Program-made: the position numbers and the translations under genes
Notes under the pieces: model-generated
The model's input: the letters and a program-made list of their open reading frames with translations, nothing else
Told to the model about the DNA's origin: nothing
Databases searched by the model: none
Part shown: in pieces, positions 13,881 through 25,971 of the stretch
Numbering within the stretch: the first letter of the stretch is position 1
How the letters are laid out: the number at the start of each line of letters is the position of its first letter
From: Lophium mytilinum
Lineage: Eukaryota
NCBI GenBank assembly: GCA_010093605.1
Contig: MU004187.1
Location: forward strand, 1,124,018-1,188,017
Direction of reading: 5' to 3'
DNA: 64,000 nt

Positions 13881-13882
13881 TA
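13841..13882 (-). repeat. Candidate terminal inverted repeat of the Fot1-like element, followed by TA
   Basis: Two tandem 17-bp motifs gctaccggctcgtgcac / gctaccagctggtgcac (minus strand) ending just before TA at 13881-13882; partner TIR not seen. Confidence 0.55.
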
Positions 13883-14236
13883 TTGAGCAAGTTTCAAAGC
13901 CAGCTGGCCGCAGGCGCTGCGCCGCTCGACAATGCATTGAGATCGCGACTTCTTCCTCCACTGTCTTGCTTTGACCGTACCAAAATAATCTCAGGGTTGC
14001 AAATTTGCATAGGATGCTACCATGTGTGAAGCCATGGAGGCCGAAGAGCGTGGGCTTGACCACCACCTAGGGTCGCCGATATGCCAGCTGCGGTGCTCTG
14101 GTCAAGGTTGAAGAACCACTGTTGAGTTGACGACCCGTCTAATGACTCTTATAAAAGCAATTGCGCACCCAAAACATGATACATCTTCAAGCAATAAGTT
14201 CATTCCTCCTACATTTCCTGCGTTCGAACTGTCAAT

Positions 14237-15981
14237 ATGTCTTTCTCTTCTCTGCTTTTACTTTTCTTCTCTTACACCCTTGCAGTGGTCTGCCAGGACT
14301 CGGCACCACTCACTGTCGATACTTCTTACTATTATCGCATCATGAACGATCTGACTGGACCTTCAAAAGCCCTAGATATCCTCCCGGACGGTTCTGGTGG
14401 CCTCAACGTTGCTGACCTTGGTCCATCAAGCGGGCAGTTCTGGCGTTTGGCCCCTCTTGCGAACGGTCCGAAATACGCACTGAGCACCTTATACTTGGGA
14501 GGAGCATTCTCTCTGGACGTTATAAACGACAACGGAAGTGCGAGCGCTCATGTGCATCTCGATACCACGCGAAGAGATTCAGGACAGTACTGGACTCTTA
14601 CACCATCAGCGAATGGCTCCTTTACACTAAGCAACGACTTCACCGGCCTAGACAGACCTCTAGGCGTCTCAATCAGTGCTCCAACACCAGTGCTCGGTGG
14701 CAACAATTACTCTGGCCAACACTGGCGGCTGTCCAAGATCTCAAACGTTACCAGCAACGATGACATACCAGCACTGACACCCGTCGTTAAGTCGCACCTC
14801 ACCGAGCAGGAGAACATTGGTGACCCGATACCCAGCACATGGAAAGTCGTGATGATCTTCATCGACTTTGACGACTGCCATGCGCAGAGCAACGACAATC
14901 AGACTGCGATAGGACAACAACTAACCCTAAACGGAGCTCTCACCGAACTCTTCTCCAACCAGTCCTACTCCAACCTGAACCTCTCAGTCGACATCCGGTC
15001 CGACCTAGCCTGGCACACCATCCCCGGAGCCTGGAGGCAAGACTGGGGCAGCGACATACGAGGCTACAACGCCGCCGCCCTAAGCAACTTCACCATCAAC
15101 GAAGTCGACTTCTCCGCCTACGACGTCGTCATGATCGTCCCGCCCCAAAACTGCGGCGCGGACCGCTCCTACGAAAACGGCAACGTGACAGTCGGCGCGC
15201 AGAATGTTAGCTCCGTCATCACATTAGCAGATGACGCATACTCAGATCCGTACACATTGGCTCACGAACTCGGCCACACGCTAGGTCTTCCAGACCTGTA
15301 TCCATATGCCACCAGCGACCGCCACCTCTGGAAGGCCGGTCCCTGGGGTCTCATGTCAGACGATGTAAGTGCACAACGCGCGGCCTCAGGCTCCATACTC
15401 TTCATTCAATACTGACTCCACATTTCCCACAGTGGCAGTCACGTGGCTTCCTAGGCTGGCACCGTCACCGGCTCGGCTGGCTCGCTACCGAGCGCAAGAC
15501 GTTCGCCAAAGCACCGGCGAGGTCTGGAATCACCAAGCGCATGCTGTTGAGCCCGTTGGACGGACACTACGGAACCAGTCTGCTCGCCATGGACATCGGC
15601 AGCACCTCCAAGGTCCTCGTGGCCGAGGTTGTGCAGCCAATGAACGGAACAAACGCTACGGAGTGGGATCAGGGCGTTATGGTCTACACTGTTGACTCGA
15701 CGGTTTGGTCGGGCTCCGAGCCACTGCAGTTGGTGCATAATCCAGCGGGCGTCCCGAGCAATCGTGGAGCGGCGTGGCAGACACCGTGGCAGGTTGGGTC
15801 TGCGATGACTTATGTCGCAGAGTATATGAATGTCACGTTGAAGGTTGAGCAGCAGATCAAGGATTCGTATTTTGTTGAGGTTAGCTACGATGTTGCTGCT
15901 GGATTCAAGGGCCCGACGGTGTTTGCTGTGCCAGTGGAATTCATTGAAGATCCGAATCGGGACTCGGGAGCACATCACTGA
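14237..15981 (+). CDS. Secreted ricin-B lectin plus M6-family (immune inhibitor A-like) zinc metalloprotease
   Basis: Signal peptide; three QxW repeats (GQFWRL, GQYWTL, GQHWRL); HELGHTLGLPDLY; WGLM; intron 15365-15432 restores GFLGWHRHRLGWL; C-terminal GVMVYTVDS. Confidence 0.88.
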
Positions 15982-18546
15982 TTGTTGTGGTTTGGCGTTG
16001 TGATAGTGCATACAGATGGAGTTGGCTTTGAGATTACGCATATGGATGGCGTTTGGATTTGACAATATGTATATAGATGGCGTACGGTGTACTTCTTATT
16101 AGCTCATTAGTTTAACTGTATGTTAGATATCTTTATTGATAGGCGATTTGAACAATAGAAATAGAATCTACTAGAGACTCGCGAGGCGTTACTTGCTATA
16201 TGTATGTTTTTGCTCAAACAGAAGGTGGTCTCAGAAGAGGAGGTGAAAATTGCGGCGTCGGGAGATACCGATAGGTAAACTATGCTTTTGTTCTCCTGCG
16301 CTCTGATTGGTCCGCACGTATAGCATTCTTTTCAAAGACCACTCCGCTTTCAAAGTGTCACTAATTCGAATACCTCAGATACAAGGAACAGTTACGAAGT
16401 TGATTCGACGGGGAGAGAAGAACGAGAAATCTAGATGTTGTTGGACGACACCTGCCCAAATGAGCAGGGGCTTGGTGGGACGACATACAGGGGCACCCCA
16501 TGAAAAGACTCGCTGTATCGTGGATAACCCTAGTCCTTCTGATCCTTACCATGCAAAATGTTGGATCGTCAAGCGTTCAAGTGGGAAACTCATGCAGGTA
16601 CGGGCACGAGCACCCACCTGTACTCACCGAGCTCGTGGACCGAACCTGTCGCCTTCCTTAAAGAAAAAAATTGGAATAAGATCTTTTATAGAGAAGCGCT
16701 TAAGGTTGTTGTAGTAGGTGCTATCAAGATGCGGTGTCGAGGCGTCAAAATCAGGTGATTGTGCGCAAGGCAATGTCGTGAATTGGTTCACTTGAGTACG
16801 TACACCTACTGTCGTGGTTCGGCGACACTCGAGTAATGGCGTCGCTTGGTTAGATTGCTGCCGCGTTGCTATATGAACCGAAGTAAGGCATGCAGATAGC
16901 ATAAAACAGAACGATGGGAAGCAACAGTGCTTTGACCAGACACAATTACCGTCTCTATGAAGTTTAGACGAGTTGCTCGGACTACAGCCTATGCCGTCCC
17001 GGAGCCCACGAGGCCTCCCGTCAAACTCGCGCAATCACGGCAGTGACCGGTGTGAGTGTTGGATCGGACAGCCCCAGCCCCTAGGCTTGAGGTGGTGAGC
17101 AATATCGGACAGTGGCACAGTGCGAATCCTAGGGGGGCGGATTCGGACTATATCCGTACCTGTATTGTTGGCGCACTCGACTTGCAGGCTAACCAGTCAG
17201 CATGTTTGTTGGGCGGGTCAATAGGGGCCAAGCTTTGCATATCGATAGGGGACGCGGCCGTGGGACGATTTGACGCCAGGGAGGGAATAAGCGCCCGTTG
17301 TAAGGCCGCCACCCGCTCGATAGGCTGAGGAGGACTGCGAGCCCCGCCTGGAGCGCGGCCAGACCCTGAGTGGAGGTGCGCGGAATGAGTGGCAGGGTGG
17401 GTTTCGTCAGACGAAAAGGTGTTGAAGTGGTGGTGCTCGAGGGGCTGGTGTGGAGGAGCAGGTGCGAACCTTTGATTGCCCACGACGGGGAGTGCCTGTC
17501 AAACTCCCCGGGCGCAGGATGGGCAAACGATGACGCTGCTGGTCTTCCTGCGGTAATTCGGGAAATTAGGACTACGCGTGCGGGCGACGCTCCGGGCTCT
17601 GGCTCTCGCTGCTTGTGGTGCGACGGGGAGGCTGGGAGGGGGGATCGCCCTGCTTCGCTCAGGGGCGAGGCGAGGATTGACAGCGCCGTCGCAGAGTCTA
17701 GCGGTGAGGCAGCTAGCAGCGCGGCGAACAGAGCATCGTGACACTGCTGTGGTGTTGCGGATATGCGCTGCACGATGGCATGCGGCGCTGCAGCCAAGAC
17801 AGCTGTGAATAGCATCAATCCTTTCAGGTGGGGGCGAGCAGGCGGCCGCAAAAGTAGGCATGCGGATGGTGATAGGACGATCGCCGCGCCGGCGTGTTTC
17901 AGTGCGGCTGTGCCTTGCAAATCACTGCGCCGGGATGGCACTGGGAGCGTCGGCCAAGGATAGCGGCTAAATGGGGTTTCAGACAGCAGCTGGACCGACT
18001 CCTTCATTTCGTAGAAAACACCACGCCGCCCCCGAGCAGGTACTCTTTCTGCCCTTCTGCTGTCTCCCTTGCGCCGTCACTCTTTTCGACCCTCTTTTCA
18101 CCAGTCTCTCATTCTAGAAGCTCGTGTTGTTGTCGTTGTCGTCACCAGCGTCCCAGCCAGCCTCATTCCTTTCGTTGACCATATCAACTACGGCGCTGCT
18201 GCACCACTTTCGTTCAATAAAGTCCCGGCGGCTGCCCTCCGTCAATTCTAAGCCAAGACAGAGCTCGAGATCGAAGATCTGAAATCGCACTCCTGCCGAA
18301 TCACTGGTTCAACGTATCCGCCGTCCAATATCTAGCTCGCTAAGGTGGAGCATCAGAGCCTCGACCGAATTGACTTCCAACACTTGACCGGACCTCATTG
18401 ACGGTCTCAACTTTTTCCGGACCCGGTGACATCACAACATCAACAGTGCTTCAGCGCTTGATCTCACCTCACCTCACTCACTCACCTCCACCGCGGCGAC
18501 GACGCACCCTCCGACCACCACACTCATTTTCTCTCGTGCTCTTGCG

Positions 18547-20429
18547 ATGGCAACCTTCTCCAAGATCTCGAGCCCCATGGCCGCGGCTGCGCTGCTGCTT
18601 GCTTCGCTCTCCGGCGTCGACGCGTTCTGGCGCATGGACTGTCACTCTCCTCTCGGTATTGCGCGCATCGATCCGCTCGTCAACTACGGCGAAATTGCTG
18701 CCCACTCCCACATCATCTTCGGAGGCGATAGTAAGTCAACGCACTCTTCTCTCTCTCAAGTCGCACATGAGTTCCGCATGAGAGAGCCATCTCTTCTCAG
18801 CACCGACATTCACACTTTGGGCCTCCACCAACATGCGTCCTATATGCATCATTCTCTTTCTTGGCCTTGTTGCCCAATGCTGCGACGCGGTCTTTCACAA
18901 GTAGACCACCTCTAACGCTCTGTAGACTTCAGCCCAACCGCTGGATATGACGACCTCATCGCTTCCGAAAGCACATCTTGCCGCGCAAAGGAAGACAAGT
19001 CCGCCTACTGGTAAGCATTTTTTGCTGAGCTCTTTCGGAAACACGCTAACCTCTTTGGGCGTACAGGACTCCGTCTTTTCACTTCAAGCACAGCGATGGA
19101 ACCATTGAGGTTGTTGGGAACCAAGGCGGCATGTTAGCGTAAGTAACATCACCTCTCTGTTGTACCAGCTCCTAACACTGCTGTGCAGTTACTACTTCCT
19201 TCGTGACGGAGGAACCGGTAAAGAGATCAAGGCGTTCCCCGCAGGCTTCAAGATGATCGCGGGTGATACGAACAAGCGGAACTACACTGGCCCAGTTCCT
19301 ACTCCGCCACAGTCGACTTGGGGTCCAGATCTGCTGACGCAGGCATCTTTGGCTGAGCGGGCCCTCGGCTTCAACTGCCTGGACTATGCCAACCCCATTC
19401 CGGAGGGCAGCTTGACTCGACACTTTCTCCCCGACAAGTCTTTCCTAGATGCGAACTGCAAGGACGGCATTCGTTTGGAGCTCGCCTTCCCGGCATGCTG
19501 GAACGAGGCTGCTGGCGTGGCTCCAAAAGGCTACAAGAGCCACGTTGCTTACCCGGACCTAGTACAAGATGGTGTCTGCCCAGATGGCTTTAGCACCCGC
19601 CTCCCTGGTCTGTTCTACGAGACCATCTGGCGAACCCAAGACTTCGTCGGCAAGGACGGAGAATTTGTTATCTCGAACGGCGATCCTACCGGTACGTATA
19701 TTGGCTTGTGCAAATTATTTCTTACTAACTGTATGCTTAGGCTACGGGTACCACGGAGACTTCATCTCTGGTTGGGAAGTAGAGACTCTACAGTCGGCTG
19801 TAGACACTTGCACAAACCTCAACGGAGAGCTTGAGAGCTGCCCAGTTTTCACCCTCCAGACTCAGCCCGAAATGGCAGCAGTCAAGCTCACCATGCCTGG
19901 CGACCTTAAGAACGAGAACTGCGCCGGCCCAGAGTCTGCGCTCCCTGGAAATGTCGCCATTCAATCTGGTCCTCAGCCAGCCACCGAAAACCACGCAGGT
20001 GCAGCCGCTCCTACGTATGCTGCTTCGTCCTATGCCGCGCCTTCCTATGCCGTGTCTTCCAAGCCTGTGGTGTCTACTCCAGCTGTCTCTGCCAAACTGC
20101 CCGCCTACAGCAAACCTTCCTACGCTGGTAGCTTTTCTATTCAAGACATTCATGCCGCCGGCGTCGCATCGACTTCCAGCATCGCTACCAGCGAGGCCTC
20201 TTCTACGTCCGCTGCTGTCTACGTTGCCGTAACCCCCGCACCTTCTGCGCCGGTGGAAAGCGATGGAGGATCCATCATCGGTACCACGACTTACACGAGC
20301 GACGGAGCGGTATGGGAGGTCGCCATTAAGGAAATCGACATCACCGTCACCGCCGAGCCAACAGGCGCAGCGAGACGCCGCCGACACTTAGCGCAGCACC
20401 GCCACGTGGGCGACAGACACGGCCTGTAG
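18547..20429 (+). CDS. Secreted DUF1996-domain protein with Ser/Thr/Ala-rich tail
   Basis: Exons 18547-18730, 18926-19010, 19067-19138, 19189-19691, 19741-20429; motifs RIDPLV..H.H.IFGG, DKSAYWTP, FPAGFKMIAGD, FPACWN, SHVAYP, GYGYHGDFISGW. Confidence 0.92.
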
Positions 20430-22337
20430 AGCCTGTTAGGACCAGTTACCGAAGTAATGATAGTGTCTCCGCAGTCAATTGCATTCGGTAAAGGGGCCAT
20501 GTACAGGAATCCATTTGGCGGGCCGGCTGGCACTTAGCGTCTAGCTCATGCATACAACCGGCGTTTGTTCTCTTCACAGCTCGATACCACGAGAGATTAC
20601 GGCGGTTATTTTCCTTTTTTCATTTTCCTTGTTGAACACTCTTGCATGGGAACGCCGTGTGGCTGTGCCTGCGGAAGGAACCCGAGAATAAATCCTGTCT
20701 GCACACGACGACAATTGATAGTTGTGGTAATCTGCTCACGTAGGCAGCACAAACAAATCAAAATTCGAGAACGAATGAATACTGAATATCTGATGACATT
20801 GCTGCAGCCTTGTGTTGATGTTCCCTGTTCCTTGTTTCAAGATTGTCGATCCTGGCATTGACATTCCAGCTAATTCGCCACCTAGGTAGACATGTTTCTC
20901 TACCACATATTTTGCGTGGTCAGAAAATATTTACACTAGTCGTTCCGTCCTCGTGGGCGACTCCGAATATTTAGTAGCGCATGACGTACGGAGATCGCTT
21001 CCCAATCTTCAGCTGGCCATGCAACGACTGACAACAACTCTACCTAGCTGCGCCTTCTGTCTTTCACCCTTCTTATCTGAACTTCATGCCATAGCTATGC
21101 TCTGCACAGTTACGAGTGACGACTGCAAGATGTTGCCTTGTCATAGTCTCCTTGCTACCCATGCTAGCTGCTTTCTAGTGGCGAGGTACCCCAGGGCTTT
21201 GGCTTGTGACTCCGCTCTTGAGGACGATGAGCAGGGACGAAAGCTGCTGGCTAACATATAAGAGCATAGCAGCACACCCTCAAAATCAACTCAATAGCGC
21301 TCCGAACCTAGACTGTTGTTGCCGTAGGCCACGCGCAGACCCACATGGTTCTTTTCGTCCCTACGCCACAGCAGAGTCATCCCGAGTTTGAGCATCGGAC
21401 GCCACCCTGCTGTACCCCCGACATCACGACTAGTTAGAACTATAAGACTGACCAAAGGATACGACCTTTGCAAACTCTGCAATCACACCTGATCTGCAGA
21501 TAGATCGTTCTTCGCTTACCCTCGCCAAAAGCTCACCTAGAGCCTCAATTCCCCGCAGGTTTTCTGAAAGCAGCCTCAGCCTTGTACCTAGGTACTGTAC
21601 AACCTTGCAGAAGTACGCCTTGTGGCTTACGGCTCGACTCGGCCTATCAGCGCGAACACTCGCGAACCATCGCCTACGACCTAATCCGGCGATTTAATAT
21701 CTTCAATTGTGGCCCGCAGATACGACGACGCAGAGACCCCTATATCCGGTCAAGATTGCAAGCCGAGGTGTTGAGGCTCTTTAGAGGTACAACACAATTC
21801 ACCCGTCTTACTAACCGGCAACTTTGCTGTGTATATTAAACGCTTCATTCTCCAAATCAGATCCAATACCTTACCTCTTCTCTTTCTTTTTACTTTTTGT
21901 TCTCTCTACTCTCATTTCCTTTCTCTAGGTAGCTAATTGACGTTTCTTGAAGACTAGAAAGCGGGTACACACCGGGGCTTGTTATCACGAGACGGACGGA
22001 CACAAAGAACAAACACTGTCGCTCTACCATCTTGACATCGGTAGTACGGATTCAAAGGCCAAGCATCTCGCGGTTGTTGTACTAGCAACGATTGCTAAGG
22101 CTCCAGGCTGCAGCTTTTGTGGTCGCCTGTCTATCATTCCACCAGAATCTCATCTAAAACTCTGTCTTCTGATTCACTCGTCTACGACTTCACAGATCTT
22201 CAACTGAGACAAGGTCTCACCTGCCTTGAAGCCATTGGCTTGGGGCTGTACATACTTAAGAGCGCTTCGGAACGACCAGGCGCCTGTGCAACCATAAAGA
22301 AACAACTTCCACTCCATTCCACAACACCGCCGCCACC

Positions 22338-24218
22338 ATGGACTTCTCCAAGCTCCAGCGGGCATTCAAGCCCAGCGAGAATGGCACCCAGATTCAAACG
22401 ACCAACCTCACCAACCTACCTTCCAACATATTGGAGGCCTTCATCCCAGGATACTCTCTTATTTCGAAGGTAATACTCGATACGTTCGGCTTCGATGTCG
22501 GCATTGTGGTCTCAGTCGGCCTCATCGCCTTCGCGTTGCTTACTTCTACTACGTTTCTCTGGACCAAGGCATCCCGTCTGTTCCAGGAATATCTCATGTC
22601 CTCAGTGTTCGTAGACGACGGAGATGACCTGTTCGACGGGGTTATCCAGTGGATCGCGGAGCAGCGGATGGCGAAAGTGTCGCGCTCTGTCAAAGCAGTC
22701 ACTCGTATGGGGACGATCTTTGGTGATAATGGGGACGAGAGCGATGACGAGGAGGCGGTCGATGCGAACGGTATTTTCAACTTCGGAAAGTGGGCGGCGA
22801 AGCTTCCTCCTAGGTACGAGCCGTACTTTGGCAGCCATAGATTCTGGCATGCTGGCCGACTGTACGTGTTTGCCCGGTCGAAGCGAGAGAGACAGCCGAG
22901 CATATGGTCTCCCAATCGAGGGGACGAGGAGCTCATTGAGCTGAGGTGCATTGGTCGCTCGACTAAGCCGATCAAGAATCTCCTGAATCACATCAAGACG
23001 TGGTCGTTGGAGAAAGAGAAGGCGATGACTGTCATCCGACGACCAGCTGGGAAAGACCGTGGACGTGGCGCTGGTTCTTGGGACCGAGTTTCCTCACGAC
23101 CCTCTCGCCCTATGGAAACTGTGTCTCTTGATCCCGAACAGAAGCGAAAAGTGGTTGAGGACATCAACGAGTACCTACACCCCTCCAGCCCTCGCTGGTA
23201 CGCTACACGCGGTATCCCGTACCGCCGCGGCTATCTCTTTCACGGGCCTCCAGGCACTGGCAAAACTTCTCTCTCCTTTGCCTTAGCTGGCATCTTCGGC
23301 CTCGACATCTTCTGCATCTCCCTCCTCGAGCCCACTCTCACCGAGTCAGACCTGAATCGCCTCTTCAACAACCTCCCACGCCGCTGCATCGTCCTCCTAG
23401 AAGACATTGACACAGCGGGCCTAGTGCGAGACGAGAAATCAGACAAGAAAGACGACGCAGCCGATGGCGATGACCGCAGACGCGGCGGCTCCAAGACCAG
23501 CGGCCAAGACTTCAACATGGCCGAGCTCACCAAGGCCATCAAGACCGCCAATCGCAAGGACAAGCAGGGCGACGAAGCCAAGCAGGGCGTCTCGCTTTCT
23601 GGCCTGCTCAACGCGATCGATGGTGTTGCGACGCATGAGGGCAGGGTGCTAGTCATGACGACGAATCACCCTGAGAAGCTGGATGATGCGCTCATACGCC
23701 CAGGACGGGTGGATATGCAGGTTGAGTTCACGCTTGCGACCCGCGACCAGGTGCGGGATATCTTTATTAGGATGTACAGCAATGAGAACGATAAGCTGGT
23801 TAAGAAGCGGAGTCGGTTTGGTATCACGCTTTCGCCTACCTCGAATGGCACGTCGGAACCCTCTACGAACGGCGCGGCCAAACCCCCTATAACCAACGGC
23901 ACCGCTACCAACGGCACCATCACCACCGCAAAACTCACAAACGGATTCACCAACGGCGACGCGAAGAAGCCACTGACGAATGGCTACAACCGTAGCCACC
24001 CAGCTATGGTCCAACCTCTTGATGCCGCCCGGCTGCGCAAACTAGCAGATTCATTCGCGCAGGAGATACCCGAGGGGACCTTCAGCCCTGCTGAAATCCA
24101 GGGATTCCTGCTCACGCGGAAGAAGGAGCCGCTGCGGGCGGTAGATGAGGTGCAGGAGTGGCGGGATGCGGTGATTGCGGCGAGGGAGCGGAAGGCGAAG
24201 GTCGTGAGTGTGCAGTGA
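22338..24218 (+). CDS. BCS1-like AAA ATPase
   Basis: Intronless 626 aa; N-terminal TM helix; GIPYRRGYLFHGPPGTGKTS, LLEDID, SLSGLLNAIDG, MTTNHPEKLDDALIRPGRVD, FSPAEIQGFL. Confidence 0.93.
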   Translation: MDFSKLQRAFKPSENGTQIQTTNLTNLPSNILEAFIPGYSLISKVILDTFGFDVGIVVSVGLIAFALLTSTTFLWTKASRLFQEYLMSSVFVDDGDDLFDGVIQWIAEQRMAKVSRSVKAVTRMGTIFGDNGDESDDEEAVDANGIFNFGKWAAKLPPRYEPYFGSHRFWHAGRLYVFARSKRERQPSIWSPNRGDEELIELRCIGRSTKPIKNLLNHIKTWSLEKEKAMTVIRRPAGKDRGRGAGSWDRVSSRPSRPMETVSLDPEQKRKVVEDINEYLHPSSPRWYATRGIPYRRGYLFHGPPGTGKTSLSFALAGIFGLDIFCISLLEPTLTESDLNRLFNNLPRRCIVLLEDIDTAGLVRDEKSDKKDDAADGDDRRRGGSKTSGQDFNMAELTKAIKTANRKDKQGDEAKQGVSLSGLLNAIDGVATHEGRVLVMTTNHPEKLDDALIRPGRVDMQVEFTLATRDQVRDIFIRMYSNENDKLVKKRSRFGITLSPTSNGTSEPSTNGAAKPPITNGTATNGTITTAKLTNGFTNGDAKKPLTNGYNRSHPAMVQPLDAARLRKLADSFAQEIPEGTFSPAEIQGFLLTRKKEPLRAVDEVQEWRDAVIAARERKAKVVSVQ

Positions 24219-25971
24219 GAAGCCAGACGAGGAAGCGAGAAGGAGCTCTTGGGATGCGTGGGATTGCGGCGTAGGCGGCGTGGTTGAGGGATCGTGAGGC
24301 TGTGGTATGCGGTTTGAGTGGGGGAGGCTGAGGGCATGGATTGATATCCTAGTGAAGCCTTGCTTGCGGTGAGGCGAAGTGGAGATGGTTGGTGAGTTGA
24401 CAGGAGGGATGAGAATCCCTACAGCATTCCATCGGCAGCGTGATAAACAGGGAGTTGGGCGGTAGAGTGCATTCAGCGTGGCATTGGCGTGGCCCTATCC
24501 TTTTAGACCACTTTCTGAGTTTCCGTCATGTTTTCATCTCAGTCATCAAAGCCGAAGGTAACCATACGTAAAAGACTCTTTCAATCTTTCTGTTTCTAGC
24601 CAACAAAAGCGTGCGTCGTAACTGCGGCTGGAGAGGAGTGGAGCGTCTAGTGACTCGAGGAGGCTGAGGAGGGAACTATTGCCTCAATGTTCTTTCCTAA
24701 TAGAGCTAGCACTATAACACCAGATTTCTCTTTCCTATCTAATATGGCCAGGTCTCTTTCCTAGTTCAAGTATTTACGAGGTCAAAAAGTTGATAAGAGA
24801 GTGGCTGTGTTGTTTGTCTAGGCGCGATAATAGGTATCAAGAGTGTGTTCAGAGTGGCGCCAATGCGAAAGGGGATCGTTACACAATAGAGCAGCTAATC
24901 TTAAAGCAGTGATTCTTTCGAGTTGTGATGTTTCGAATAGAGCAAACGGGAAATAATAGCAAACCTCGGTAGTGAGAAATACTTCAAGTTTCAGTCGTGC
25001 TGAGCATGATTGCTTCTGAATCTAATACTATGAGACTTATTAGGATAACAAACAATAATAACATGTGAGGATACCCTCTATACTTCAACTCAAACAATGA
25101 GAGAAAAGGACATGAGTTAGGGAGTCGACGAGGCTAAGGAAAGCGATGTATAAAGTGGCGATCCTTCAAACAACATGTGCATATTAGCTAAATTTAATTC
25201 GCTAGCGGCAGAGGCTGGGCCTGCCAAGTCTGACACGAATGAGGATGCCGTCTTGCCGTGTGGGGCGATGGCTGGCCATGAACTCCCATCGAGTTGTGAG
25301 TCTGCGTTTTGCCGTGTCCACATCGCAGCCTCCAAGCACTATCTCCAACTCCTTAGTGTTAAGCTTCATATCTGTCGTCCTGTCGCGTCGTCATGCAACC
25401 ATCCTTCTCACACTTCTACCTGTCACCACTAACCCTATGACCCCGTATAGCATCCTTACCATCCCTCCCTCAGCCTTGCGGCGCGCAATCTCCCACTCCC
25501 ACCCCAATTCGCCCACTCCGCCGTCCGCCAAGCTAGCCAGCCGATGCCCAAGACGCCCACCATGCCCCCTCCGGCAGCGCGTGCCTAGACTTGGCGGCCC
25601 GTTTTGAAACCAGCCTTCTGGCTTGAGGCTGGCTTGAGGCTGAGCTCCGCCGCCCAGCAATATGGGATGACAGGCAGCAGGCCCGCGCTGTGGCTAGCGG
25701 ATACGGGGACGGGACGCGATGGCGCGGTTTGTATATGAGGGGGGAGTGCTGCCCTATTGCTCGCACTCAACGGTGCGTTTGACTGGGTTTGTGTAACTTA
25801 TTTTGCTTTCTTCTGTGTATACTTTTGCGCTCTTCTACTGTGCATATCGTACCTACATACAAACGCTGTTTCCTGCTGGACGTCAAAGTGCGTTTTGGGC
25901 GCCGCGTGGGTGCTTACTGTGCGACTTTCTGCGTTTGCGACGCCGCGTTGAGGCGCGACTAAGATTTCACG

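Noticed and set aside
16300..18500. Overlapping ORFs up to 272 aa (17189-18007 minus)
   Set aside because: GC-rich, motif-free, Ala/Pro/Ser-biased translations on both strands; more likely promoter and 5' UTR of the DUF1996 gene.
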